From Nemertoderma westbladi (lineage: Eukaryota > Animalia > Xenacoelomorpha): DNA of 47,892 nt. Shown here one piece after another: positions 35,501 through 46,719 of the stretch. The position numbers and the translations under genes are program-made. Location: positions 1-47,892 of the forward strand of contig JAUCBJ010006445.1 in assembly GCA_032718475.1 (NCBI GenBank), in the 5' to 3' direction. Positions within the stretch are counted from its first letter, which is position 1. Each line of letters begins with the position of its first letter. The notes under the pieces are model-generated. The model made no database searches. It was not told the origin of the DNA and saw only the letters and a program-made list of their open reading frames with translations.

Positions 35501-38500
35501 TTTCTCGTTTTAATAATAATAATAATAAACAAAAATATATAAGACGGCAAGACGCCTATAATCTATTAATAAATTAGTTCAAAGGCGCCAATTAACAAAT
35601 TAAAAAACTATAAAATTTAAACAGTCAGTGGAACGCACAGTCTGTATAATAGAATTGGGATTTTAGATCTCGACGGAAAACTTATAATTCTGTTGCGGTT
35701 CACAGATGAAGTGGCAAACTCATAAAAACAGTCAAAGCGGCGAAGGAAACCGTAGGAAATTAGGTTGTATTGCGGAACTTTGAGGGTCCAGAGACAATTA
35801 TATTTTTTAATTATATAGATTGAAGATTCTTTTTTTTAAAGAACAACACAAAGTGAACCGTATTATACTAGAGGGACTGAGACTCACGGAATCCTTGACA
35901 GCAATGAACCCGTGACACAACCACCGACGGGTGGACCCATCGCGACAGATGTAACTGAATCCGCGATCCATGTTGCGGTCCGGGGCGCAGAAGGAGACCT
36001 TCTCGATGGTCTGATCCACGATGAGTTGCTTGTCCTCGTCGACAACTCGCAACGAATCCGAGGAGACCCACAGCATAGCGCGGGACTTTTTCTTACCATT
36101 CTGGGGAGTGAAAAAAAAAGTTAATTACCATCGGATTTATAACTTATTCAAAAACACTCGCGTCAAGAATCGCGATGAGTATAGGATTGATCGTGGGATG
36201 TTCCTACCAGAGCAGTGAGATTATATTATAAATACCACCAGTACAGCTCAGTACAGCAGTATACAGTACAGGACGGAGGCATCCAAAGAGGAATAATACG
36301 GTATTCCCCAGAGATCAGAAACGTAATTTGGTGTAACAAGCGAGAGCGCGTCACAGTGCATAAACACACAGTGCAGGAGCTACGGGAGATTTCTTTATAC
36401 GGGAAATGTGTTTAATAATTATATGAAATAAATAAATTGGAGTTTGGGAGATACGATATGCAACTTAAGACTGCCAGACTGCCTGTTCAGTAGAAGTGGA
36501 TTAGGTGGGATAGTGAATGTCAGGGAAAAGAGGCTGAACTGGTTAGCGCTACTGATGAGGCCTGATAGGCTGAAACGTACGTATAGCGCTGGTTCAACCC
36601 CCGGTGACCCGCTTTCTCATTTTTTTCCATTTCTGAACAAAACCATAATATTACATATTTAATTATATTATCATTCTATATTAATTAGTATCCACCTAAT
36701 TAGATAATAATTTATTCACTAAATATTATTATTCTAAAAATAATCATTATTTATTATTAAGGCGTAATTTAAACTTACAGTCTGAACTGAAACTAACTCT
36801 TTTCCGATTTACTGACCTGCCCATTAACTTTCGTTTGTTGGTTTGGTTCCCCAAAAGCTACATGTGTATCCTGTTCCTTTACAAACCTAATCCTTTATGC
36901 TACGGGACCTCATACGCTCCTGGAACCTAACCTATCATTGGTGACGTATCACGGTGGAACCTGAAGAGGCAGGCCTTACTACCATTTGGAACTTATCGCG
37001 ACAAATCAAACAGTCCGTTAAGACAATCAAGGTAGTAAGAACCGAGCCTAACCATTTTAGTGATTGTAATTATTTTTTTAGTAAAAATAATGATTATAAT
37101 TAGAGAATAAATTAAATTAAACGTCGATAAATTATTTTTAGTGGATTTGCAATATGTTATAGTTATTAATGAATTATTTAGTGGTGGGTGATTACTTTCA
37201 GTGATTTTGGCGTCAGATTCAGTGAAAATTTCATATTTTAAATGTCATTATTTTTAGTGAGTCGAAAAATAGGTGCCTTATTTAATTGTATTGTTTTCTA
37301 TTATTATGGAATATTCGGGGTCGAGGTATTACATTTCATCTACATATTATAACTTATTGAAAACTAAATTTGGTAACGCATCACAGGCCACACAAAATAA
37401 ACTTAATAAATTGTCCAAATATCCAGACACCAATAATCCTGAAAACAGTATTAAATAAATACATAAAAAGATCGGTGTGCACTGCCACTTCGCGAAACAA
37501 TACCTCGCCAAACTTTAATGTCAGCCAAACCAGGTGCTAGTTCGCCCACACTCTTTAAACATGTATCGGAATCATTGAGAAATGGGCGAATGTTGTTGGC
37601 GTTGGCGCTAGAGGAAGGACGAACAGTGACCAGCAAATCTAATACGTTGTTTCTGTAGGGTGATGCTCTGTTTCACAAGTGGGTCTCATAGGTAATTAGG
37701 GGCCATTGGACTATACATATTAACTCATATGGATAAGTTGTAAAGTTAGTATCCATGACCACACCATCAACAGATCCTAAATAATCGTAAAGTATTTATA
37801 ATCTATTATTATTAGATGACAATCTATTAACATTTTAAATTTTATTGAATAATTTAAAAGCTATCGCTTTTGTTAGTAACTTGTTACATCTAATACATCA
37901 CTACCAACAGCATCACTTATATATTAGGCGAGGCGTCTTTGATGTCTATCCCGCAACCAGTAAAAGTATACGTCTCTAACGACTCGTTACACCACGTAAT
38001 TAAAAATTAATCACATTAAGACTTATTGTATGCGAACCCAAAGACCAAAGGATGTTTATATGGTTGTATAACATTCTTCAGGGATGGTTCCCAGGCAGGT
38101 AATTGCTTCTGAGTTCTATTATTACATTGCGGAGACTGGAGGTAGATTTATTATCGCGGTACGTCACTTTGTATTCGAACTGCGACACAACTTCGCGCAG
38201 CATGTGAAGGCGGCCGGTATAACAGGACAGGTTACTACATGAATGTTAGCTGATCTGGGTGAAATTCACGAGCAGTGGGTCGTTATTGGTAATCCATTGC
38301 TTGATTATAAATATTATAAAAAGATATGAACTCCTTTAACAAATATTTTCAATATCCCATATTGAAAAGTCAATCGGCATCTCGTCGATTTAATGTCGTT
38401 CATGACGTATTAAGAACATCGGATAATATCATTTGACTTAAAATGCGTTCCTTAATATTTACAGCGTTTAAAGGAAATGAGTTGAACATAATAATAAACG

Positions 38501-41500
38501 CGAGTCAACAGCGCAGGTTACGGTTTCATTTTTGCTACCGGTAGTAATCAACTGTTTTGTTTTGACTTTCCACTGGATAGCACCGGCCATTTTCATTGAG
38601 TCATCGATACGCTCTGTTAATGAGGGAAGATCAATCAGGTTGAATCAGAGTTTGAACATTTCGGTTGACCTGTTTCAAATTCCAAGTTGTTGTTATCGAC
38701 TGCCATTTTTTGCAACTTCTGGGGTCAGTGTAAAAAAACGCGGGTCCGGATTCTACATTTAACATTGTCCCTACGGAAGTTGATTTTTTTTACATTTTTA
38801 TAACTCCCAAAAATAAAACTATAACCTGTTCTATTGACCTCAGTTTATTGTTTTGGTTTAAATGACGTGTCATTGTAACCTGCTCCTTTCCCTTAATTGA
38901 TAATTTTGGAATCCGGATCCGGATCCGGATCCGCGTTTTACACCTACCCCTTCTACTGAAATCTCGATCCTTTTACCTGATTTATCTCCATATTTTGATT
39001 GTAACCCCTCATTCATTTTCTTACTAATTTGGTATATTTATGCGACCCATCATTACAGGATGGACTTACGGGTTTTCCCGAATTATTCCGATAAATAACA
39101 ATTCAGGAACTGCCGCACTAGCTTCAGTGAATTCCCCGTGAAAATGATATCAAGAAAAAATAAAATATAATATGGTTTCCTTTCCTGTGATTCCAGTGAA
39201 TGTAAATTTCATAAAAAAAAAATCTCATTAATGTTGGCCACATTTGATTATAACCACCCTACAGTTATATAATAACGAATCAAACGGGGCCAATTTCCAG
39301 CATATCGTAGTGCAGTAACCACGACGACTTTAAGAGAATGCAATCCGACAAGAATAATTAATTCAACGTTCCCCAGGCACGTCGGGAGAGAGAGAGACAG
39401 AGAGAGAGAGAAACGGGTTTATGGTGTTCTACAATTTGCATTCAGGTGAACACATCCCTAACAAGATTAAATGATTCCAGTCTCGAAAGAAACAACCAAT
39501 TGATTGTTTGGTTAACCTATCGTGTTCATTAAATAAGGATAGTAGAGAGATCTTAGTTTTAGTAAGGCCAAGTGCTGCAGGTGGATTTAATTCCCACTTA
39601 CTACCATTACTACTGTTCTAGGCCGGCCCTATGCCTATGCCCAACAATAAAACCATCTTATCAATGCATCCTATTTTTGGAAAAGTGGCAAAGAAAGACA
39701 TTGCAGTAATATTATTTCACATTTTAGGAATTTATGTAATATCTAACTTATCCAGGAGGGGACATTCGACGCAACCAAAATTTATCCGCATCCTGGGGAA
39801 AATCGACGCAAATAACAGCTGATTAATGCCAAAAATAAAGCTGTAACCAATTCTATTGATTTTAATTTATTGTTTTCGTTGAAATAACATGCCAATGTAA
39901 ACTGCTCCTTTCATTAATTCGCCACGATGAGATTTGCGTCAAGCCCCCCCCCCCCCCCCCCCCCATGTCTCAACTTACCAAAAAGGGGAGGTTGAGCTGA
40001 GGGTGAAATTTATTTTCTTACTCTGAGGCTGAAGGATGCGATGCAGGACACTTGGGGATATGATCGGATGAATTCATTACTGCATGGGTTGGAATAGTTG
40101 TGTGTAGGAAACTAGCAAGTCGATATGAAACTAATCCCCAAGTCAGTTGTGTAAACCGGTTCAGTGATTCTCTAATTAATGTCTCTATCTCTAACTATCT
40201 CACTCTCTCATATAACCCTGCAAGCAAAAACGTGGCGCCCCGCGCTAACTTAACTGCCCCTCTGGGACTCTTTTGTGTGATCTCAGATCATTTCACAACC
40301 TTTTCGAATCTGTTAATTCATAAAATTCATACAAATATATGATATTACCGTATATCCCACCGTATAAATAAAAGTTAAAATACGAAAACCCAACAATGAA
40401 AGTAGTCGAAGAAAAGGTAATGAGTGTAAACATCAGTCAAAATATAAAGAACAAAAGAAGATCAAAGGTCCTAAATACATCATACAATTTGAAAGATATG
40501 AATCAAAGAGACAGAGGTAATAATAATTAATCAATGTGCGGATTTAATGTGAGTACAATATATATGCTATATTGGAGTTATAGAGCTGTGGGCCATAAAT
40601 CGATTGCATAATATCAATTACCATTAAGGAAATGCCAATGTCTGAGGGCCGTGCCAGAATGTCTGTTCAACTGCGCGACCAGCCATAAGTACGCATAGCT
40701 GTAGCGTACAGCCCTGAGGGAAATGAGAGCTCTCAGTGTATGTTTTACGATTCAACCCCGAAACCAACCACACACCCCGAAGTAATCGCACTCCCTCATG
40801 AATTACCTCCTACATTTGAGAACAAAGGATTTCCCTGCCTCGTCTTCCGTTTGGGTAAATAGATAATACCGCAAACACAAAACAGCAATCCAAGTGCCTT
40901 ATTCCTTCATGCAAAGTATCATCAGTATTCCGATTGATTTCACATAGCGAGACATCGCAGTCCCTCGCTTTTTGTTTTGGTCTGAGACTCCAAATCTTGA
41001 AAATTGATCATATTATTTCTAACATGGCGATGTAATTGAGAGATAATATTACAAAAACGTAATAAAATATTACTATTTTGGGTGAATTGCAAAAATTTGT
41101 TAAAATTTTTAAAATCAGTATTATAAATTTTCAATAAATATTTACATAAAATTAATATTAGCACTTTAATTGTGTCGCTGTGAGTTTTTCGTTGAACGAA
41201 CGAAGGTAGTAGTGAGTGAGTGCATATAAAGATGAACACTGTAAACTACTTTGCAACAAGATAAGGAAGTTTTATTTCAAAACTGTAGCACCGCGGCATT
41301 GATAACCAATTAGTGATGAAAAACCATAAAGTAAACATTTTTGTTTGTTAAGGAAATAATAATATATTAGAAAATGTCATATACATGCAGTTTAAGTGTT
41401 AGCAAATGTTAGCGTTTCCAGTTGCCTGTGCTGGTAGATGCGGCTAGTTTGAGTTAATATTCATCGTAAAGTTATTCGTATAGAGTTGTAAAGTCGACAT

Positions 41501-43473
41501 TAGTTCGCTAGTAAATATTAAACACAATTCCTTGTACTGGTATCAACTTCTGTCTACTTTGAGATGTTAAGTCGCTGCAATTTATCTAATAGTTCCATGT
41601 TGCATAGCAGTTTATCAATCGCGCTAATCTCACGAAAAGTGGCTACCAGAGGAATTTCGATAATATTTTTTTCCTTTACAAAAACTATGTAAATCGATCA
41701 TGCAGATATTGGCTCAAATTGACCGTTAGCGAAATAAAGTTAAATGAATTGAAAGTAAATTTTTTTAATTATTATATTGTTTCGGTTATAAAACACCAAT
41801 GCGGTCTATGTGCGAATCTATAAATAAATTAAGTAGAATATGTAATAACTTATGTGGAAACCAACATTGGGTTCCACATAAGTTATTACATATTCCACTA
41901 ACGAGACACCATTTGGTGTCTCGCTGAAACAGTGATAGTTTGGGAATTATTGATTAAAATATACGAACCCTGTCACATGAATCTAATGAATATCACGGAC
42001 AGTATAAATCCTAGCGACCTTGCCAAGCCAATGATAGTGATTGCAATGGGATAAAGAAACTTGGTAGGGATGAGCACCGGGAAGACATCATCATCCAAAT
42101 TAAAAAAAATTTAATATACAGAGAATATCACGTGTTCTAGGAGTGATTGTGAGATATCAACCAGAAGCAAATCAACCGTGTGTGGCCGGCCTCTGGAAAC
42201 AATGGCACGGAATAAATTGTAGTAGTTTAGTACAAAGTACGATTGGGGTTAGGTATATACCATGGGCGGGCATTGGGCGTAGGTCCAGCTAAGTTTATAA
42301 TTCCTGTGGCAGTGGGATCTGAAACATTTGGAGCTGTGAATGCGATATTACCGTCGGAATGTGTCCTACTTCGTTAGGTCCCGTATCTGCAGGACCTAAT
42401 GCCGCGGTATCAATCCAGTTCTGTTCATACTTTCTGGTACCTTAGCTGGTTCAGTAAAAATGTGGGGATATTTTAAAACTTCCGGCTTTGGCCAGAATTC
42501 CGGCCGGATTTTTTTTCAAATTCGGCTCCAGCTCCGGTTTGAAAATGTCATCCGGAATCCGGATATCCCTTCACGGTAACAATGTGACAAACAATGCGAA
42601 CATGACGTGACAAATAACCATAGCTGTTATAGGAAACATGAGAAGGACATGCCAAATAAACAGGAACTAAGACTTACGTTTTTAAGATCCTTTAAGGCCA
42701 CTTCACAAACAGCCATTCCTCTAGACTCAGACACTTCCAGTGCTCCAAGATACTAAAAATAGAATGAGAGAAGTTCCTAATTGTATAAATGGGGAAATTA
42801 TTCACAAAAAACAAATTAACATAAAAAATTTAAACTCAAAAAAAACATAAATTGTTAATGATTACACTTGTATTCGAAATTGAGCCCGATATCTTTGGTA
42901 TAGTGGGGTAATATTTAGCGAAGGGGATATTATACCAGTGAAACATAATAAGATAACTACTTATTTCAAAACAAACATAATAAAGTGGTGGTTAGCTGAG
43001 AGCTGATTCTATTTGTTGTCTGGCTAGCGTGTATACTGTATATGCATATGGTGACAAATGGTGACACATGAAATGGTGACAGATGGTGAAAGCCGCGACA
43101 ACTCTCCATGTGGGGCTGTGTGAGTATAATTTTACCCAATTTGCAAAAAAAACTGTAATTTTATGAAAAAATTGGAAAACGAAATATAAAATTCTGACTC
43201 ACCCGCCATTACTGAGGATCATATAATATAAAGTTATATTATACAATAATACCCACATACCTACAGAGTGGAAATAAAATGTCATTCAGTGCGAAAAACA
43301 AAATGCCAACTCAACTAACTACTGGTAGAGGTAGGTCTACTCACTTTAACAGCGAAGCAACATTGGCCCTTGCGAACTACTTCCTCGTCGCTCTCCCATT
43401 GGTGAGGTCTGGAGCATTCCGGTACGCGGGCTTCCGACGGCTTCCGTCGCATACTCGAGCGGAGTTTCTTCAT
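13926..43473 (-). CDS. numb: Protein numb (PTB-domain endocytic adaptor, Notch antagonist); join of 43473-43345, 42752-42678, 36100-35888, 22082-21875, 16160-15852, 15427-15086, 14530-13926 = 1881 nt, 626 aa
   Basis: Diagnostic Numb sequences: [105 protein letters not shown]. All introns are GT-AG with compatible phases (0,0,0,1,1,1). Confidence 0.96.
15086..15427 (-). CDS. numb: numb coding exon 6 ([20 protein letters not shown]...NPF)
   Basis: TAG|CC...CCGG|GTATGT, 342 nt. Resembles vertebrate SISSLCSQITNAF..DPF. Confidence 0.88.
15665..15724. repeat. Perfect 24-bp-stem hairpin in the numb intron between exons 5 and 6; imperfect extension to ~15616-15772
   Basis: GTTACACCTAATATCATAACGAGA / TCTCGTTATGATATTAGGTGTAAC with a 12-nt loop. 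Confidence 0.9.
15852..16160 (-). CDS. numb: numb coding exon 5 (NumbF region)
   Basis: GTGCAG|GT...GGAT|GTAAGT, 309 nt. Encodes [14 protein letters not shown] and KRQLSL. Confidence 0.94.
16480..21873. repeat. Intronic minisatellite, ~5.4 kb, mixed 49-bp (CTTATGTTACACTCATTCTGGGACTCGTGTTTCGGCTAGACTTCCTCCA) and 41-bp (8-bp deletion) units
   Basis: Direct tandem repetition. All ORFs at 16610-21896 are translations of this repeat. Confidence 0.98.
21875..22082 (-). CDS. numb: numb coding exon 4 ([24 protein letters not shown]...)
   Basis: CTGCAG|GGC...GCAG|GTAAGT, 208 nt. Confidence 0.95.
23361..23960. mobile_element. Fold-back/MITE-like long inverted repeat, ~270-bp arms and ~50-bp spacer
   Basis: Arms ~23361-23634 and ~23686-23960 are diverged reverse complements (e.g. 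GAGAAACAGCTGAGATATAGGCGTT / AACGCCTATATCTCAGCTGTTTCTC). Confidence 0.8.
25617..27470. mobile_element. Non-autonomous or decayed DNA transposon, 26-bp TIRs, TTAT TSD (Sola2- or Kolobok-like termini)
   Basis: Left end GGGTCAATTAGCTTAAAAGTGGCCAA, right end TTGGCCACTTTTAAGCTTATTGACCC (1 mismatch). TTAT on both sides. Many internal CTGTAAC/GTTACAG motifs. Confidence 0.85.
27890..28900. mobile_element. Degenerate long-TIR non-autonomous DNA element (~120-bp imperfect TIRs)
   Basis: Left GAGTCAATCTAG..AACCCATAA..ATTCGC..ATTCTA..TTACCTT mirrors right AAGGTAA..TAGAAT..GCGAAT..TTATGGGTT..CTAGATTAACTC. Boundaries are approximate. Confidence 0.6.
29762..31088. repeat. Minisatellite, 37-bp unit TTGGTGTGAGTGTAGTAGACATTAACAGGGACCAGAG, ~35 copies
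   Basis: Period is 37 (29806, 29843). A variant series repeats at a 405-bp offset. Confidence 0.97.
31200..31475 (+). mobile_element. Dispersed repeat family A copy
   Basis: TTGACGCAAATCCC..GGCGAAT..TAAGGGAAAGG..CAGGTTAC..TAGCACG..AACCAAAACAATA..TTTGCGTCGA.TTTCCCCTGGA. G-rich flanks. Confidence 0.75.
31860..34364 (+). mobile_element. Decayed APE-type non-LTR retrotransposon (LINE; RTE-X/CR1-group-like) with internal deletions and an inserted family A copy
   Basis: APE N-terminus [12 protein letters not shown]...DIIFIQE. RT motifs [33 protein letters not shown] and YKYLGH. Stops and frameshifts throughout. (TAAA)n tail at ~34348-34364. Confidence 0.85.
33792..34051 (+). mobile_element. Dispersed repeat family A, apparently complete copy nested in the LINE 3' region
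   Basis: G run + CTGGACGCAA ... TTGAGTCCAGT + C run form terminal inverted repeats. Internal blocks are shared with the other copies. Confidence 0.78.
35888..36100 (-). CDS. numb: numb coding exon 3 (PTB core [13 protein letters not shown]...AVKDS)
   Basis: Poly-T CCCCAG|AAT...TCC|GTGAGT, 213 nt. Confidence 0.96.
37460..37790 (-). mobile_element. 3' remnant of an RTE-clade-like LINE
   Basis: Minus-strand fragments QRIRFAGHC and [21 protein letters not shown] resemble the RRLRFAGHC...DTGL..EL..M.DR..WR C-terminus of RTE-type ORFs. Confidence 0.55.
38721..38950. mobile_element. 230-bp MITE with ~30-bp TIRs and TTCT TSD, containing family A core sequence
   Basis: GGGGTCAGTGTAAAAAAACGCGGGTCCGGAT ... 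ATCCGGATCCGCGTTTTACACCTACCCC. TTCT on both sides. Confidence 0.75.
39757..39964 (-). mobile_element. Dispersed repeat family A copy, reverse orientation
   Basis: CTGGGGAAAATCGACGCAAATAACAGCTGATT..TTTATTGTTTT..CTGCTCCTTTC..ATTCGCC..TTTGCGTCAAG followed by a C run. Confidence 0.75.
41836..41923. repeat. Two adjacent hairpins (24-bp stem at 41836-41895; 10-bp stem at 41902-41923) in the numb intron between exons 2 and 3
   Basis: GAATATGTAATAACTTATGTGGAA/TTCCACATAAGTTATTACATATTC and CGAGACACCA/TGGTGTCTCG. Confidence 0.88.
42678..42752 (-). CDS. numb: numb coding exon 2 ([25 protein letters not shown]); not in the ORF track
   Basis: TTTTTAG|TAT...AAC|GTAAGT, 75 nt, PTB-domain sequence. Confidence 0.93.
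43345..43473 (-). CDS. numb: numb coding exon 1 ([11 protein letters not shown]...CFAVK); probable acceptor at 43542 gives a 69-nt 5'UTR part
   Basis: GCCATG start resembling the vertebrate MNKLRQSFRRK N-terminus. Donor AAA|GTGAGT. An upstream in-frame TGA lies within the exon. Confidence 0.92.
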
Positions 43474-45846
43474 GGCTATCGGACTGCTGAATATCATAAG
43501 GAGCTCATCGCGGTAGGATCAAGTCGTTGCAATATACACTCCCTGCATAGAAGAACAACTACGGGTACACACACAATTTATATTATATAGATAGATAGAC
43601 AGATAGACATAGACAGATAGACAGATAGACCACTCAAATATGTAGAGTGAATACAACTACAACAAGTATAAGGATGGATAGTTGCAAGCAATGCCTACCA
43701 CAATTGTGTATCGGCTTGATGCGTATACTTGACGCTTGGCGCTTGTCGGTGGACCAACGCGTATACCGGTTAACCGGTACATATAAACATAGATAGATCA
43801 ATTAGTAATACATAAGGTGTACCAGCCCTGTCTCGCCTCGTCTCTCATAAAGGTCAAACTAATTTAAAAATAAGTCCCCCTCCCCTGTATTCAGAAAATT
43901 AATAAGTTTTTGGTTTGACGAGAACAAATAATCGGCTAGGCCTACAGTATGGAGTTCACTGGGGAAAACTTATTGACAATTTAACAACACACACATACAA
44001 ATTACTTTGCAAAGCCAAAGTCACATATGTTAAAAGTTTAGTTAAACAGACAAGACATAGTTACGGGTTACAGTATGAAAATTGCCAATTGGGGTGTCGT
44101 TACAGCCTACCCATACGATTAATGTTAAATTAATATTGAAAAATTAGTGCCTATAAGTAAAAATTTTACTGTAAACTGTGTTCCTAAATTTGGTTTATTG
44201 ATTTGGTTAGAAAAGCCTGCCATTATAACTGCAACTTTCCTTTATAAGGTACCTTAAATGGTGAATATCGAAATTAAATATAATTCGCGAAATTAAGTTA
44301 ATATGTTAAAAAAAAAGGCTGAATCGATACCCCAATTGGTAATATGCTTACGGTATATGTTTAATTGCTACATTATATTATGTTCCTGATTATCCAATAC
44401 GGTACCACTCCTGACCAGATTAGCAAATGTCCCCCTGACAAATAATGATAATTTAATTTATCTTTTTATTTTTACCACAAGATAAATTAACTCACTAGTT
44501 TCAAACACATAATAATCACAACTCAATCCATATTATATATGCGCACGCGCACATAAAATTTCGCAAAGAAAAGAAACAAATATACAAATAAAGCAAAATA
44601 TTGCAAAATGTACTTAGTTGAATAAATCCTACAACTGAATGAATATATATTACAATCTTACAGTTCAACTAGAACGAGCAAATAAATATTAACGTAACTA
44701 GCATCAGTTCATGTAAATCAAATGACACTCACTACTAGAGACATACTACAAGGAATTAGATAGATAGTCTTATATATCGTATGTGATGTGGACTGATCAA
44801 ACAATTAAACCTGACAAGGAGTAAAGTCAAGTTAATATCACAGAGAGGCCCCCGACAATGATGGCACTTAAATATCCGACCACCTGCAAACTAGATATTT
44901 AGATTTACTTTCACGTTTCATGGTGGGCGGTGGCAGGACTACGAGCTACCTGTATAACAATGTGACTGCATACATATTGTAGTAAATAAATTTCTCCAAA
45001 ATAACCTTGAGTTTGTAAGAACTTGTTATTAAATTGGCCTTCCTGTCTAGTTAGTTAATTTACGAAACTTCCTGGGCTTACAGTGAGTGGCTCTGATATT
45101 CAAATCATATTGGGTTTAGTTGAAAAAGTAAAGTATAATAGAATAAATCCATTATAAAGCCAAGCAGATCCCATATAAATAAACATTGCATAACTACAAA
45201 GTGTATATATATTAATTTGAGCACCAATGCGGAACAGATCTGAGATCATGTGGGACATGGACTTCACTTTAATCGATTGTAAGATTAGAAAGCGACAAAC
45301 AACGTGTACAATATGAAAAATCCACCCCCCCCCCCCCCCCCCCCCCATTAAAATTTGTGGATAAACAAAAACAGTAAACTAAAATAATCATTTCGCTCAC
45401 TATATTACAGTACTTTCTTTCACAATTTTGAGGATAAAAAAGTCTATCTAATAAATAGTACCGGTACTAAAATTAGTATTTTTGTTGTGTGTCTATTCTA
45501 GATAGTGGCGCTCATTGGCCTAAGTGAAAAAGTGACTTTCAGCGCATATTGGTCATATGTTAAATAAAGGTTTTTAGTGTGTTGGTTATAAAATACCTCG
45601 ACTAGAACCTGCTGCTTTCCCTTAATGTTTTAAATTAAATAAATTCTTAAACACAATAAACAGAGTAAACTGCTCTTTGATGCCTTTGCCCGGGTTGTGG
45701 ATAGGGATAATAGCGGCACACTGGAGGACTGCAGATGGATTAGCGTCCGTTCAAAGATGCAGCCCACCGATGTCTAGCACGTACATCCGCCAAGTCTTCG
45801 ATTAAATGGATATCGGTAACAAATAATGACATGAGTTATAGATAGC

Positions 45847-46471
45847 GGGGGGGGGGGGGGGGGGGGGGGGGGGCGTTCGACGCAATCAAAATTCATCACA
45901 CTCCGGTCTCCATGGGGAAAATGGACGCAAATAGTACTACTACTACTATTATCGGCATGTTGCATTGGAGCTTCACTATATATATATAAATGTATTTATA
46001 CATACACACACACACCTATACTTATAAATTAAGAATCCTGTGTCGGATTGTCGACAAAATTGCGCCGCCACAACTCTCTATTAGAGGCGTCTCAAAAAAA
46101 GTCATGGTCTGTCCACCATGTTTATTCACTCCAAGAGACTGCCAAAGCATAAGACTGTGCTATGCAGTGAACTGGCTTGTCCTCACGGCGAAAGCAATGC
46201 CATGCAAAGAGGAGGCGACTCAGATCACTCGTCAGGCCTGGCTGCCTGGGGAGACAAATGAAACACCTACGATGTTATATCAGAGTCCCAACTCAAATAA
46301 CAGCGGCCAAAAATAAAGCTGTAAACTGTTCTATTTAGTTTCGTTTATTGTTTGGGTTCGAATAACGTGCCGCTATAACCTGCTCCAGCTCCTATAAAAT
46401 TTAACATAGAGATTAAATATTCATCCAATGAGATGGAATTGCGCCAAGTCCCCCCCCCCCCCCCCCCCCCC
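45847..46471 (-). mobile_element. Family A copy split by a 5'-truncated RTE-like LINE fragment (~45934-46290, minus strand)
   Basis: Family A halves lie at 45847-45933 and 46291-46471. The insert encodes SRLLFAWHCFRREDKPVH / LMLWQS..GGQTMTFFET and ends in (TAG)n. ACGCAAATA/ACTCAAATA flank it. Confidence 0.7.
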
Positions 46472-46719
46472 GGCTAGAAGGTTTTCATTTTCAGACATTT
46501 CGCCCTCTAGCAGTCAGACTGGAGAACTGCAGACCGATTAGTCCCCAAAAAAACACAGGCTGTGCTTTAGTAGATATTTCAGATATTTAAAAAAATAAAA
46601 ATAAATAACGTCATGAGAAAGGATTTCACTATCAGATATTTCGCCGTCTAGGGGAAGACTGGAGTACTGCCTTTGAAGGATACACTCTAGTGCTGCAAAC
46701 TGAAAGATTTGACTTGTTT

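Noticed and set aside
40234-40241. TGGCGCCC resembling a tRNA-Lys primer-binding site
   Set aside because: Only 8 nt match, with no adjacent LTR end, paired LTR or gag/pol sequence.
42065-42570. TAGGGATG...ATCCCT hAT-like ends
   Set aside because: The TIR match is short and degenerate, and no 8-bp TSD could be identified.
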